Below, piece by piece: positions 1 through 9,132 of a stretch of DNA of 64,000 bases. The notes under the pieces were generated by a model. It made no database searches. It saw only the letters and a list, made by a program, of their open reading frames with translations, and was not told where the DNA came from. A program made the translations under genes and the position numbers. The DNA is taken from positions 1 to 64,000 of the forward strand of contig CAWCXJ010000012.1 in the NCBI GenBank assembly GCA_963799485.1, read 5' to 3'. This DNA comes from an uncultured Trueperaceae bacterium. Its GTDB lineage: Bacteria; Deinococcota; Deinococci; Deinococcales; Trueperaceae. The number at the start of each line of letters is the position of its first letter. Position 1 is the stretch's first letter.

Positions 1-165
1 TTGTTTACCGTATTTTGAGCCTTCGTTTTCTGGTTCATAGCATTTCTAGACTAACGAAGGCTCATCCCTTATTCACTGAGCTGGATTCTTATATGCACAC
101 CCCTCGTGTACTTAGGAGAGTGTCGCTATAATGCTGACGGTGTAATATGAATGTGTGAGAATGTA

Positions 166-210
166 TTGACAGAACCTCGGGCTAGGTCATATGTTTAAGG
201 TATGCCTAAA
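166..210 (+). promoter_or_regulatory. mntR promoter with DtxR/MntR-type operator overlapping the start codon
   Basis: TTGACA 166-171 and TATGTT 190-195, with ATG at 202 and no SD. Near-palindrome TTTAAGGTATGCCTAAA at 194-210. Confidence 0.65.
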
Positions 211-873
211 TCTAAACCTGGCCTTCTCTCAAAATCGATTGAGGATTACCTCAAAACTATCTGGCTTAGTGCACAAGATGGTCCCGTAGCGACGAGCGTT
301 ATCGCTGTGGCGCTTGGTGTGTCCGACGCCTCTGTCTCGGGAATGTTGGCAAAGCTCAGTGAGCTAGAGTTGGTTAGGCATACCCGCTACCACGGTACTC
401 TGCTGACCCCGGCGGGTGAGCAGCAGGCGCTACGGCTCGTTCGGCGTCACCGTCTCATCGAAACCTTTCTCATCGAGTACCTGGGGTTCAGCTGGGATGA
501 GGTGCATAGCGAAGCCGAATCGCTCGAGCACACCGTCTCAGACCGTTTTACCGAACGGCTTTCAGCCCGGCTTGGTCATCCAACCCACGACCCTCACGGC
601 GATCCGATTCCGGGAGCGGACGGGACGCTGCCCGATACGCCCGACGTGCCCCTTGCCGAACTTCAGGTCGGCCAGACGCTCAAAGTTGCCCGCCTAAAAA
701 CGCAGGAGGCCGACGTGCTGGCCTATCTGGCGGAACTGAGTATTCAACCAGGGCACGTACTGTGCGTAAGCAAGTGTGAACCCTTGGGCGGTCTGCTGCT
801 GGTCAATATAGCTGGACGCGAGGTCGCCCTTTCAAAAACCTTGGGCACCTTGATTCGTGGCCGGATCTTGTGA
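202..873 (+). CDS. mntR: DtxR/MntR family metal-dependent repressor with FeoA/SH3-like C-terminal domain
   Basis: EDYLKTI HTH start, RRHRLIETFL, EAESLEH, LGHPTHDPHGDPIP; directly upstream of an Nramp gene. Confidence 0.9.
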   Translation: MPKSKPGLLSKSIEDYLKTIWLSAQDGPVATSVIAVALGVSDASVSGMLAKLSELELVRHTRYHGTLLTPAGEQQALRLVRRHRLIETFLIEYLGFSWDEVHSEAESLEHTVSDRFTERLSARLGHPTHDPHGDPIPGADGTLPDTPDVPLAELQVGQTLKVARLKTQEADVLAYLAELSIQPGHVLCVSKCEPLGGLLLVNIAGREVALSKTLGTLIRGRIL

Positions 874-2183
874 AAGACGACGCACGTAAGCGGTCTAGCT
901 CAGAGCGGCAGGGACGCTTTGACACGCGGACAGCGGAGGTGTTGTCTCGTCGTTCAGGTGCCACTGGACTAGCGGCGTTATGGCCTTTTCTCGGCCCGGC
1001 ATTTATCGCGGCAGTCGCCTATATCGATCCAGGTAACTTCGCCACCAACATCGAAGGCGGCTCGAGCTACGGCTACCGACTCCTGTGGGTGGTTCTAGCA
1101 GCCAATCTCATGGCGATGCTGGTGCAAAGCTTGTCGGCCAAGCTCGGTATCGCCACCGGCAAAAACCTGCCTGAAGTGATTCGCGACCGTTATCCCAAGC
1201 CGGTCGTCTGGTTCTACTGGGTGCAGGCCGAACTGGTCGCCATTGCCACCGACCTGGCCGAATTCTTGGGTGCGGCCCTCGGCTTTCAGCTCCTTTTCGG
1301 TATTCCGCTTATCTGGGGCGGTCTCCTCACGGCAGTCGCCAGCTTCGCTATCTTGGCGTTGCAACGCTACGGCTTTCGGCCTTTAGAGGCGGTGATCGCT
1401 GCGATGGTCGGGGTTGTCGCGGGGGCTTATTTAATAGAAGTCTTTTTGAGCCGGCCGGGTGGCCCGGAGCTGGTTCGTGGGCTCTTGGTTCCCAGCTTCG
1501 ACGGTGCCAACAGCGTCTACCTGGCTACGGGTATTCTCGGAGCGACGGTGATGCCGCATGTTATCTATCTCCATTCCGCCTTGATGCAAGGGCGAGTTAA
1601 GACCAACTCACCGGACGAGCGCCGCCGCTTGCAACGCTTTAGCACCATCGACGTCGTACTCGGGATGAGCCTGGCCGGTTTCATCAACCTCGCTATGCTG
1701 GCGATGGCCGCAGCCACCTTCTTTTACAGCGGGCGGCAGGACGTAGGCGAGATCGAGACTGCCTATCAGACCTTGACGCCGCTTTTGGGAGGTCTGGCGA
1801 GCGGCGTCTTCGCCTTCTCCCTACTCGTATCGGGACTCGCCTCGAGTGCAGTGGGCACGATGGCTGGGCAGGTCATCATGCAGGGCTTCATCCGCTTCTC
1901 CATTCCGCTGCTACTACGCCGCACGGTCACCATGCTCCCGGCGCTGATCGTCATCTTGCTGGGGGCCGAACCGACCGCCGTGCTGGTACTGTCTCAGGTT
2001 GTGCTCAGCTTCGGTATCCCCTTCGCCCTCGTGCCGCTTTTGCAGTTCACCCGCAACCAGAGACTGATGGGCGAACTCACAAATCGTCCCGTCGTCACAC
2101 TCCTCGGGTACGGCGTAGCTGCCATCATCATCGCCCTCAACATTTTTTTGCTCTCACAGCTAGTGGTCGGTCTAAGGACGTGA
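870..2183 (+). CDS. mntH: Nramp family divalent metal (Mn2+) transporter
   Basis: AYIDPGN and GATVMPHVIYLHS signatures, multiple TM helices. Confidence 0.95.
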   Translation: MKDDARKRSSSERQGRFDTRTAEVLSRRSGATGLAALWPFLGPAFIAAVAYIDPGNFATNIEGGSSYGYRLLWVVLAANLMAMLVQSLSAKLGIATGKNLPEVIRDRYPKPVVWFYWVQAELVAIATDLAEFLGAALGFQLLFGIPLIWGGLLTAVASFAILALQRYGFRPLEAVIAAMVGVVAGAYLIEVFLSRPGGPELVRGLLVPSFDGANSVYLATGILGATVMPHVIYLHSALMQGRVKTNSPDERRRLQRFSTIDVVLGMSLAGFINLAMLAMAAATFFYSGRQDVGEIETAYQTLTPLLGGLASGVFAFSLLVSGLASSAVGTMAGQVIMQGFIRFSIPLLLRRTVTMLPALIVILLGAEPTAVLVLSQVVLSFGIPFALVPLLQFTRNQRLMGELTNRPVVTLLGYGVAAIIIALNIFLLSQLVVGLRT

Positions 2184-2187
2184 AGCT

Positions 2188-2409
2188 ATGAAACCAGTTA
2201 AAACAGCACGCCAAACCCTCTTAATGGTCTGCTCGGGGGAACAGGTACCCCCGCGCCGCGACGGACGGTCGTGGCGCAAACAGCAGCGCCTATGCCTATG
2301 CAGCACGTCCAGAACGACCAAGCTGACGGGCGTATGGATCACGGCGCGATGGATGACGACCGTCGGCGAAGTGAACCACGAGCGCAACGGCTTCGATCCC
2401 CCACTCGAG
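2188..2409 (+). pseudogene. Frameshifted N-terminal remnant, probably of a multicopper oxidase
   Basis: Met/His-rich linker (MDHGAM), then a frame change to MTTVGEVNHERNGFDP, which resembles N-termini of small Tat multicopper oxidases. Similarity stops near CTCGAG at 2404. Confidence 0.4.
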
Positions 2410-2859
2410 CCCGCTTTTGCGGATCAGCTTGGCGTGCGCCTTGGCGTCCCGGATTACGTCCCGGGCATAGGCCGGTCGCGTGAATCCCGTACACCTGTGC
2501 CGGTCAAGCTGATGAGCTGCGCCACGCCAAAGATTCACATCGCGTGAATTATATGAGTAGTGGCGACGGTCTGCACGTCTTTAGCCGAGGTCTTCTTGTG
2601 CCCGAGGGCGCTGAGTACAGCGCCGACCCCTTCAACTACCCGGGCGACGTCCGCCTCGTTCATGGCCTCGCCTTGGATTAGCTCGAGCCACGAGTTTGCG
2701 AGCGACAACTTCGCCGGGGTGCGGACTAACCCCCTCACTTGGATGTCCGGCTCTCAAGGCTAACAAGCAGAGTATCGGTACGTCCGCTTGCCCCAAAAAT
2801 CGTTACGGTCAACGTTTCGCCTCTCTCGGGGCAAAGGGTTTGGTTCAACATCTAAACAA

Positions 2860-3405
2860 CGCACCGACTAAAGTCGGAGGGTTTAAGACAACGACTGAAA
2901 GTCAGGATACGGGTTCCAAACCCGTGAGTTCTCCAGCTTGAAGTTGTCGTCTTTGTTTGGCTCGAAGTGATGCTCCAAATAACTCCTAATCACCGCATCG
3001 GTGACTTGCCCGACGGTCGCACAAAAGTACCCTCTCGCCCAGAAGTGCCGTCCCCAGTAGCGCTGCTTCAGCTTAGGGTATTCCTCGAACAGCTTGCTCG
3101 CACTTCGCCCCTTAATCCGCCGCATAATCTCGCTCGGAGCCAGCGTCGGTGGCGCACTTACTAGAATATGCACAGGGTCGCTACTGACTACCCCGCTCAG
3201 TATCCGTATCTCAAACGCTTCACAGGTTTGCCGCACCAACTCTCTAACACGCTCTGCTACATCACCTTTAAGCACTTTGTAGCGATACTTTGTGACCCAG
3301 ACAAAGTGGTATTCGATGTTGAAAACTGTGTGACTACCGTAGCGATACTCCATTTCCTAAGGCTAACAGTGAAATCTGACCGCCTAAAGGCGGTAGCTTT
3401 AACCC
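2860..3405 (-). mobile_element. IS200-type element (tnpA only)
   Basis: Y1 transposase between subterminal hairpins CCGAC-TAAA-GTCGG (2864-2877) and ACCGCC-TAAA-GGCGGT (3379-3394); ends approximate. Confidence 0.85.
2883..3353 (-). CDS. tnpA: IS200/IS605 family Y1 (HUH) transposase, HUH motif mutated
   Basis: YHFVWVTKYRYKVL, IKGRS, FWARGYF; DPVH in place of DHVH. Confidence 0.9.
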   Translation of the reverse strand: MEYRYGSHTVFNIEYHFVWVTKYRYKVLKGDVAERVRELVRQTCEAFEIRILSGVVSSDPVHILVSAPPTLAPSEIMRRIKGRSASKLFEEYPKLKQRYWGRHFWARGYFCATVGQVTDAVIRSYLEHHFEPNKDDNFKLENSRVWNPYPDFQSLS

Positions 3406-3442
3406 TGCGCATGGAATAGTAGATCAGCCCGAAGCGAGAACA

Positions 3443-3470
3443 CCCCGCGTAATGGCGGGGCTTCTTTTTC
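3443..3470. terminator. Intrinsic terminator-like hairpin downstream of the tRNA
   Basis: CCCCGC-GTAATG-GCGGGG followed by CTTCTTTTT on the + strand. Confidence 0.5.
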
Positions 3471-3491
3471 CGTCTATGATTGTGTTTGTAC

Positions 3492-3566
3492 TGGAGCCGA
3501 TGGTCGGAGTTGAACCGACGACCTATCGATTACGAATCGATTGCTCTACCTCTGAGCTACATCGGC
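3492..3566 (-). tRNA. tRNA-Thr (anticodon CGT)
   Basis: Reverse complement GCCGATG...TAGCTCAG AGGTAGAGC...ATCGA-TT-CGT-AA-TCGAT...GGTTCAACTCC...CATCGGCTCCA; full cloverleaf with CCA. Confidence 0.95.
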
Positions 3567-3614
3567 AAGAGTCAAAGGTATCATCTTTGATTTAACAGAG
3601 CGATACCTTTAGAT

Positions 3615-3664
3615 TGGTGGCCAGAGGCGGGCTTGAACCGCCGACACCACGATTTTCAGTCGTG
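3615..3664 (-). pseudogene. 3' fragment of tRNA-Phe(GAA); att-like junction
   Basis: Reverse complement CACGA-CT-GAA-AA-TCGTG GTGTC GGCGG TTCAAGC CCGCC TCTGGCCACCA. Anticodon arm, T arm and CCA are present; the D arm is absent. Confidence 0.85.
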
Positions 3665-4036
3665 AAGTTGATACTGGCCTCTCGTTCCCGCTTCTAGCAC
3701 GCACTTTCTTTTGTTCCTCTAGTCGTTTTCGCCGTTCTAGGCTACACGACCGCTAACGACAAGATAACATGCCGGTGTCAAGCCTTCAAGGTGTCTAAGG
3801 GTACTAGGGTGTGCTCCCATCGTCCCGTACAGGAAAACGAGAGGCCAGGTACCCGAGGGTTGTCAAGCGTACTCGAGCATAACCCGCCCTCCACTAAGCC
3901 AAAAAAATTCTGTGGAATTTGGCGGCGTGGGGTCAAACATGAGTAAACAGTGAAACATGAAAAACGCCCCGGTGGAAGACGGGGCGCGGAATCAAAACGC
4001 ACTTTTATTATAGCAGATTTAGCGCGTCACAGCCAT

Positions 4037-6365
4037 TTACTGCGCGGTTCCTAGCTGCCGCGCTTGCTTTTTGTCATCTTTAACCAAGCGGATGATCTCG
4101 CGCCCGTTCAGGGTCGCTTTAAGCGTAATCGGGCGGTTGTTTATCTCAGCCAAGCCCCGGTTTATCCGCTCGAGTTCAGCCGCTAAAGGTTCCCATTCGG
4201 CACGAGTAACAGCGGTACCGCCCGGTGAAGCTTCGCTACGCACGTTTTCTATGCGCGGGGCTAAAAAGCTTCGTAGTCGTTCCCGTGTCTCTTTATCGCT
4301 GCCCGACACCCGTAACCCTTCTTGCGGTTCACCTGCTATTACTGGCGGCAAAACGAAGTTCGGGTTGGTATCCGGGGTGAACTGGTTCCACTTTGCCAGC
4401 ACGCCGTCCAAGCGTGGTTTGTGCTTGTCCCAGAACGCAAATATGCCTTTCCACGCCTTAACGAAACCGTCATTGATGCTGCTCCACAGGTTCTTTGTCC
4501 ACGTCTTAAAGCCGAACAGGTCGCGTTTCCACGCCACCACGCCGCCGACGATCAACGCGCCGATACCGACGATAGCAGCACCTACGGGGTTACTTGCAAA
4601 GGCTGCGAGTAAGGCGCGGCCTACCGTGACCAGGGCGGGCACCACGACCCGGATAAGCGTCCTTTGGGCAAACCGTAAAGCCGTAAGCGAGAACCTACCA
4701 AGTATGTTTCCGACCCTTCCCAACACCGGGCGTAAGGTATTCCCTATCGTTGTGGCAAACTTTCCGACGCCGCCCGCTGCTCCCCTCGAGTTGGTCGTGA
4801 GGTTCCGGGCTTGACGGTTAAACATTCCAAAAGGATTAAAGAGTTTGCCGACCCACCCGAACAAGCTTTTGACCCGTTTCGTTAAGAGCGATAGCGCACC
4901 GGCTGTAACAAGGGCTGCTAAAGGGTTCCCTAGAGCCTTACCGAGTAGCCCGCTACCCGACCCCGCCGCGTCTTTCCAGTTCGCTAGAAAGCCTTTTTGC
5001 CACGGCATTATGGTTAAAGCCTGAACCAGATCGAGGGTAGCCTGTAGACCTCGTACCACGAGGTTCACAGAGTCGGCTAGGGTGTTCCACAGCGTAGCGG
5101 TAAACCACTTCGGTAAGGCTTTGGAGTTGGCTAGGTCGTCGAGTAATTTACTTACGCCGCCCCAGTCAACGCGGTACAAGAGCGCGTTCAAGGCTTGCCC
5201 GGAATTGGTTAGAAGACTATCCCAAAGGCGGCTCGAGATGGTCGTCAAATCTTGCAAAGTAGTCCTTAAACTTGTCCCGAATGTCGAGAAGTCTACAGTT
5301 TTCTTAAACCTGTTCCAACCGCCCGTTAAGGCCGACACAAGAGTATTCCAACGCCGTTTCATTTCGGTAAGGTAGCCGCTAAAAAGCGTCTTTGCCGTTC
5401 CCCAGTATTCGCCCCAACCGTGGGCAATCATAAACGTTTCTGTGCGGGTCGTGATGTTATTTAGTACGGCGTTCCAACGTGTAGACAAGTCGTTAAACGT
5501 CACCCCTTTAAGTTTGCCTGGTAACGCTACGATATACTCCCCGAGCCGCCCGAGCCGGTCACGTGTGGCTTCGGCTACCCCTGCCGGGTACAAGCCGGTC
5601 AAGTCTACTGAAAGTTTACTTAGAGCCGCACCCAAGCCCTGCTGTTTCGCCGTGCGGTACAGTCCGGCAAGATTGCCCTCGAGGTTACGGAGGTACGCCG
5701 CGAGTCTTGGCGCTCGCTGCTCTAAGGTGTCGGCAAAACCAAACCAGTTACCATCAAAGGCGCGTTTAACGAGATACCCGGCACCGGCTAAAGCTGCAAG
5801 GGTCGTGAACAAGGGTACGGTAGCAAGTAGTAACCCTTTTGCGCCGCCCGCTGTGAACCATAAGACTTTACCTAGTGCAGCGGTGCCGGTCGCCAGTGCT
5901 GCCAGGGTTGCGAGTACCGTACCGCCCGCCGCAATGCGGCCCAAAGTGGTACCAAAAGCTCGCCACGCCTGAACATTATCCTGTGTCGGCTGGTAAAGCC
6001 GCTCGAGCCATGCTTGAACCTTAGGAAACACATTTGCAGCATCTAAAAATGCCACGGTACTTTTCGCCGCGCCTTTTAGCAGATCGGCGTAGGAGGTTAG
6101 AGTTTTACGGTACGCCGTACCGAACGACCGCACCAAAGAACCCACGCGATAAAGCACCGCACCTAACGTGTACGTGAACTCGAGCAAGCCGGAATCTTTT
6201 AGCGCAGCGCGGGTGTCAACGCTTAACGAGGTGATACCCATAGACCAATCCAGATTCCTAAAGAGTTCACTCAGTCCTCTGTAGGTCAACGTCACACGGT
6301 CTAACCACTCGCTCGTTATGTCCCGAACGCCGAACAGGTTTTTCTTATACGCCGTCCCAAGTAAC
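4037..6365 (-). pseudogene. Phage tail tape-measure-like protein, 5'-truncated by IS3
   Basis: Ala/Gly/Leu/Trp-periodic helical protein with ASNPVGAAIVGIGALIVGG and a C-terminal LNGREI. The frame stays open upstream of 6295 (LLGTAYKKNLFGVRD) right up to the IS end at 6366. Confidence 0.7.
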
Positions 6366-6376
6366 TGAGGGGATCC

Positions 6377-7231
6377 CTAAGCTTGGGCCATTTCGGATGT
6401 GAGTCTAGGCAGGTGTAGCTTACCTGTTTCGAGGGCTTCTGCCAAGACAGCTTGGGGTGTCCGGTAGCCAAGTGCTCCGTGAGGTCGGTGTTCGTTATAG
6501 TCTTGCCGCCACTTTTCGCTTAGTACACGGGCTTCGGGGGTAGAGGTAAATACTTCCAGGTTCAAGAGTTCATCCCGGAAACGGCTGTTGAAGCTTTCAC
6601 AGTAACCGTACGGCAAAGCCTCGGCGCTGCGCTGAATTTGCCAGGGTGAGCCGGGGTCGATGTAAAGCGTTTTGATGGTAGCGTCGGTGACGAACTTTTG
6701 CAGTGTTTGGGCGATGAACTCGGGGCCGTTATCACAGCGGATGAAGCTGGGCGCTCCGTGCAGGGTGATAAGACGCTCGAGTTCGGTTACAACGTTATGG
6801 CTGGTCATATTGCGCTCGACCTTAATACTTAAACAGGAGCGAGAGAACTCGTCAATGACCGTTAAGAACTTGAGCCGTCCGCCACTTAAAGTCGTGTCCA
6901 TGATGAAGTCAAGCGCCCAAACATGATGGGCGTATTCTGGTTTACGCCGGTGGCAGGCGTTCTCGCCATTACCCAAACGGGTTCGTTTATGCGTCCGGCT
7001 TGGCACCTTTAGTCCTTCAGCCCGCCATAGCCGCTGAACTCTCTTACGGTTCACGTGCCAGTGTTCTTCGTTAAGCTTGGCGGTGATCCGCCGATAGCCG
7101 TAACGGGGATGTTCCAAAGCTAGTTCGTGCAAGCGTTTAACCAGCACTTTGTCCTTCTCTATCCGTAGGGGCTGATATCGCTGCGTACTCCTAACTTGCC
7201 CAAGTACTCGGCAGATCCGCCGTTCGCTCAC
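6377..7231 (-). CDS. IS3 OrfB integrase-core transposase with a 9-aa in-frame insertion
   Basis: YGYRRI, WALDF, IRCDNGPEF, ESFNSRFRDE, YNEHRPHGALGY. Confidence 0.9.
   Translation of the reverse strand: MSERRICRVLGQVRSTQRYQPLRIEKDKVLVKRLHELALEHPRYGYRRITAKLNEEHWHVNRKRVQRLWRAEGLKVPSRTHKRTRLGNGENACHRRKPEYAHHVWALDFIMDTTLSGGRLKFLTVIDEFSRSCLSIKVERNMTSHNVVTELERLITLHGAPSFIRCDNGPEFIAQTLQKFVTDATIKTLYIDPGSPWQIQRSAEALPYGYCESFNSRFRDELLNLEVFTSTPEARVLSEKWRQDYNEHRPHGALGYRTPQAVLAEALETGKLHLPRLTSEMAQA
6610..6636 (-). repeat. 27-nt small inserted element, copy 1
   Basis: TTCAGCGCAGCGCCGAGGCTTTGCCGT; removing it restores the conserved PWQNGY motif. Confidence 0.8.
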
Positions 7232-7281
7232 GCCCAGTTCGCGCCGGACATGAGTTACAGCGTCACGGCGCGTTCTGGGCG

Positions 7282-7563
7282 TTAGAACTTTGTTTTTAGT
7301 GCCTCCTTAAGAATATCGTTATCAAGGTCCTTCTCCGCCAGCAGTTTCTTCAGCCGGGCGTTTTCCTTCTCCAACTCTCTTAACTGCTTAGCATCGCTTT
7401 TCCCCATGCCACCGTACTTTTGCCGCCAGCGGTAAAAGCTCCACTCACTGATACCGAGGGTGCGACACGCCTCCGCCGCCGTCTTTCCCTGGTTAGTTGC
7501 CTTCTCGACGTTGCGGAGAATGTCGATGATCTGCTCGGGGGTATGAGTCTTTCGCATGGCCAT
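7282..7563 (-). CDS. IS3 OrfA (HTH transposase subunit)
   Basis: HTPEQII, FYRWRQKYGGM, LRELEKENARLKKLL. Confidence 0.9.
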   Translation of the reverse strand: MAMRKTHTPEQIIDILRNVEKATNQGKTAAEACRTLGISEWSFYRWRQKYGGMGKSDAKQLRELEKENARLKKLLAEKDLDNDILKEALKTKF

Positions 7564-7616
7564 TCCTCTCAGCCTGACTCACATTCCGCTTGGCTCAGGT
7601 TTCGGGGGTCACGTCA

Positions 7617-8477
7617 AAACAGGATGAGGTTGTGAGCCGCGACTTTGCGGCAGACACTGGCACGAATGCTCCAAAAAGAGTTGAGCTGTTGCAAGGCAAT
7701 ATTGCGACATCTTGCGAGTGAGGAGAAAACAGCCTCGACAGACTTTCTGGCACGAGCGAAGAAGTCACACCAGCAGCCGGGTTCTTTGGCGTTTTGCTTG
7801 GGTGGGGTGTAGATGCCTAAACCCCGATAGCCTTTGTCGCCGATGCTGCTGTTTAGGTCATCGCCAGAAGCGTCCAAGAGACACTTGCCCACGGTGACAT
7901 CACTTTCATTGGCTGGCACGATGGCAAAACGACAGCTAGCACCCTGACCCGTGCAAACGGCGTGAAGTTTAAAGCCGTAGAAGCGTTTGGTTGCCCCACC
8001 GCGTCCAGAGGTAGCTTCGGTCATCCTTCTTGGTCTTGGGTAGCGAACACCCTTGCAGATAGGCAGCGGCTTGGAGTCGACCAGCTACACCCCATCATGC
8101 TGAGCAATCAGCATAGCTAAGTCCGCATAGATGCGTTCGAAGTTACGGCTCACTCGGTAAAAACGTGTGATATGAGGCAGGTCGGGGAACAAAGCGCCGT
8201 ATTCACGCTGCACCAGCAAGTACCACAAGCCTTGATTTTTCTGCTGAAGTATCTCGCCGACCAGAACAATGGTGAGCAACTCGGCGTAGCTGGATTTTTG
8301 TTGGCGCTTTTTAGGCAACTTGAAGCGTCCTAAGCGTTCTGAGGCTTGTAGATAGTCGTCTATCAGGACATATACGATTGTGAAAAGGTCTGTTACATTA
8401 TGCTTTGAGAGAAGATCAACGGCTCGCATGACCTATCTTCTCTCATCTTTTACCCCTTTTCTACTAGCACTCGAGGT
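7617..8477 (-). pseudogene. IS982 family transposase with an internal stop, 3' end cut by IS3
   Basis: ORFs 8085-8429 and 7614-8024 join across a TAG (GV*LVDSKPLPIC); FYGFKLHAV, IGDKGY, RKSVEAVFS. Confidence 0.8.
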
Positions 8478-8683
8478 AAGTAGGTGAGCTTGCACACCCC
8501 TCACTTAAGTAGCCGAGCCGGCGTTTTACCTGCCCTGACCCGCCGCCCTGCTAAGCGAAAGTTTGGGGGGCGCGACCGAACGTTTCATCCCTAACGCGTC
8601 CTTATTAAATCCCCTTGTTAAATCTTTGTAAAGCGCAGTCGCGGGTCACGATGACGAAAATGTTTATGTTTATACTGTTTTTC

Positions 8684-9082
8684 ATGTTGAGCATCGGGCA
8701 ACTCGCCAGCCAAATGTCGGAAACGGTAAAAACGCTTCGCTACTGGACGGATCACGGCCTTTTGGCGAGTGAAAGGGGGGAAAACGGCTACCGCTACTAC
8801 CCTCCCGATGCCGCAAAGCGTATCGACTTTATACGCCGCACCCAAGCGTTAGGCTTTAAACTCAGCGAAATCAAAAGCATCCTCACGCTCCGCGCCGATG
8901 GTGTCAAGCCTTGTGCCGAAGTACGGGATGACCTCGCCACGCATTTACAGGCGGTGCAGCAGCGAATACATGAACTCAAAGCCCTCGAGGGCGAACTTTC
9001 CGTAAAGCTCAAATGGGCAGAGCGTCACCCCGATCCAGACTGTGAGGAAGGGTGTGTGTATTTGGTCGATGTGGTTGATTGA
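8684..9082 (+). CDS. MerR family heavy-metal-responsive regulator
   Basis: MLSIGQLA..TLRYW..NGYRYY; Cys in KPC plus C-terminal CEEGC. Start moved to ATG 8684, 7 nt after TATACT. Confidence 0.9.
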   Translation: MLSIGQLASQMSETVKTLRYWTDHGLLASERGENGYRYYPPDAAKRIDFIRRTQALGFKLSEIKSILTLRADGVKPCAEVRDDLATHLQAVQQRIHELKALEGELSVKLKWAERHPDPDCEEGCVYLVDVVD

Positions 9083-9094
9083 TTCAGAAAGCCC

Positions 9095-9126
9095 TTGACT
9101 CTCCCCCATACGGGAGGGTTTAGGAT
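9095..9126 (+). promoter_or_regulatory. MerR-type promoter 1 (20-bp spacer with dyad)
   Basis: TTGACT-CTCCCCCATACGGGAGGGTT-TAGGAT, ATG 6 nt downstream. Confidence 0.8.
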
Positions 9127-9132
9127 GCTTGT

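Larger units (their letters stand above)
6366..7616 (-). mobile_element. IS3 family element
   Basis: Imperfect terminal IRs TGAGGGGATCCCTAAGCTTGGGCCA and TGACGTGACCCCCGAAACCTGAGCCA; orfA plus orfB; no target duplication visible. Confidence 0.9.

Noticed and set aside
1..43. Possible start of a divergent gene (MNQKTKAQ...)
   Set aside because: Too little sequence inside the window to support it.
2410..2760. Short minus-strand ORFs
   Set aside because: Coding-like but interrupted, with no family recognised.
3615..3679. Functional D-armless tRNA-Phe
   Set aside because: The 5' GGCCAG is part of a separate 13-bp inverted repeat, and an att scar is the simpler explanation. Not called as a tRNA gene.
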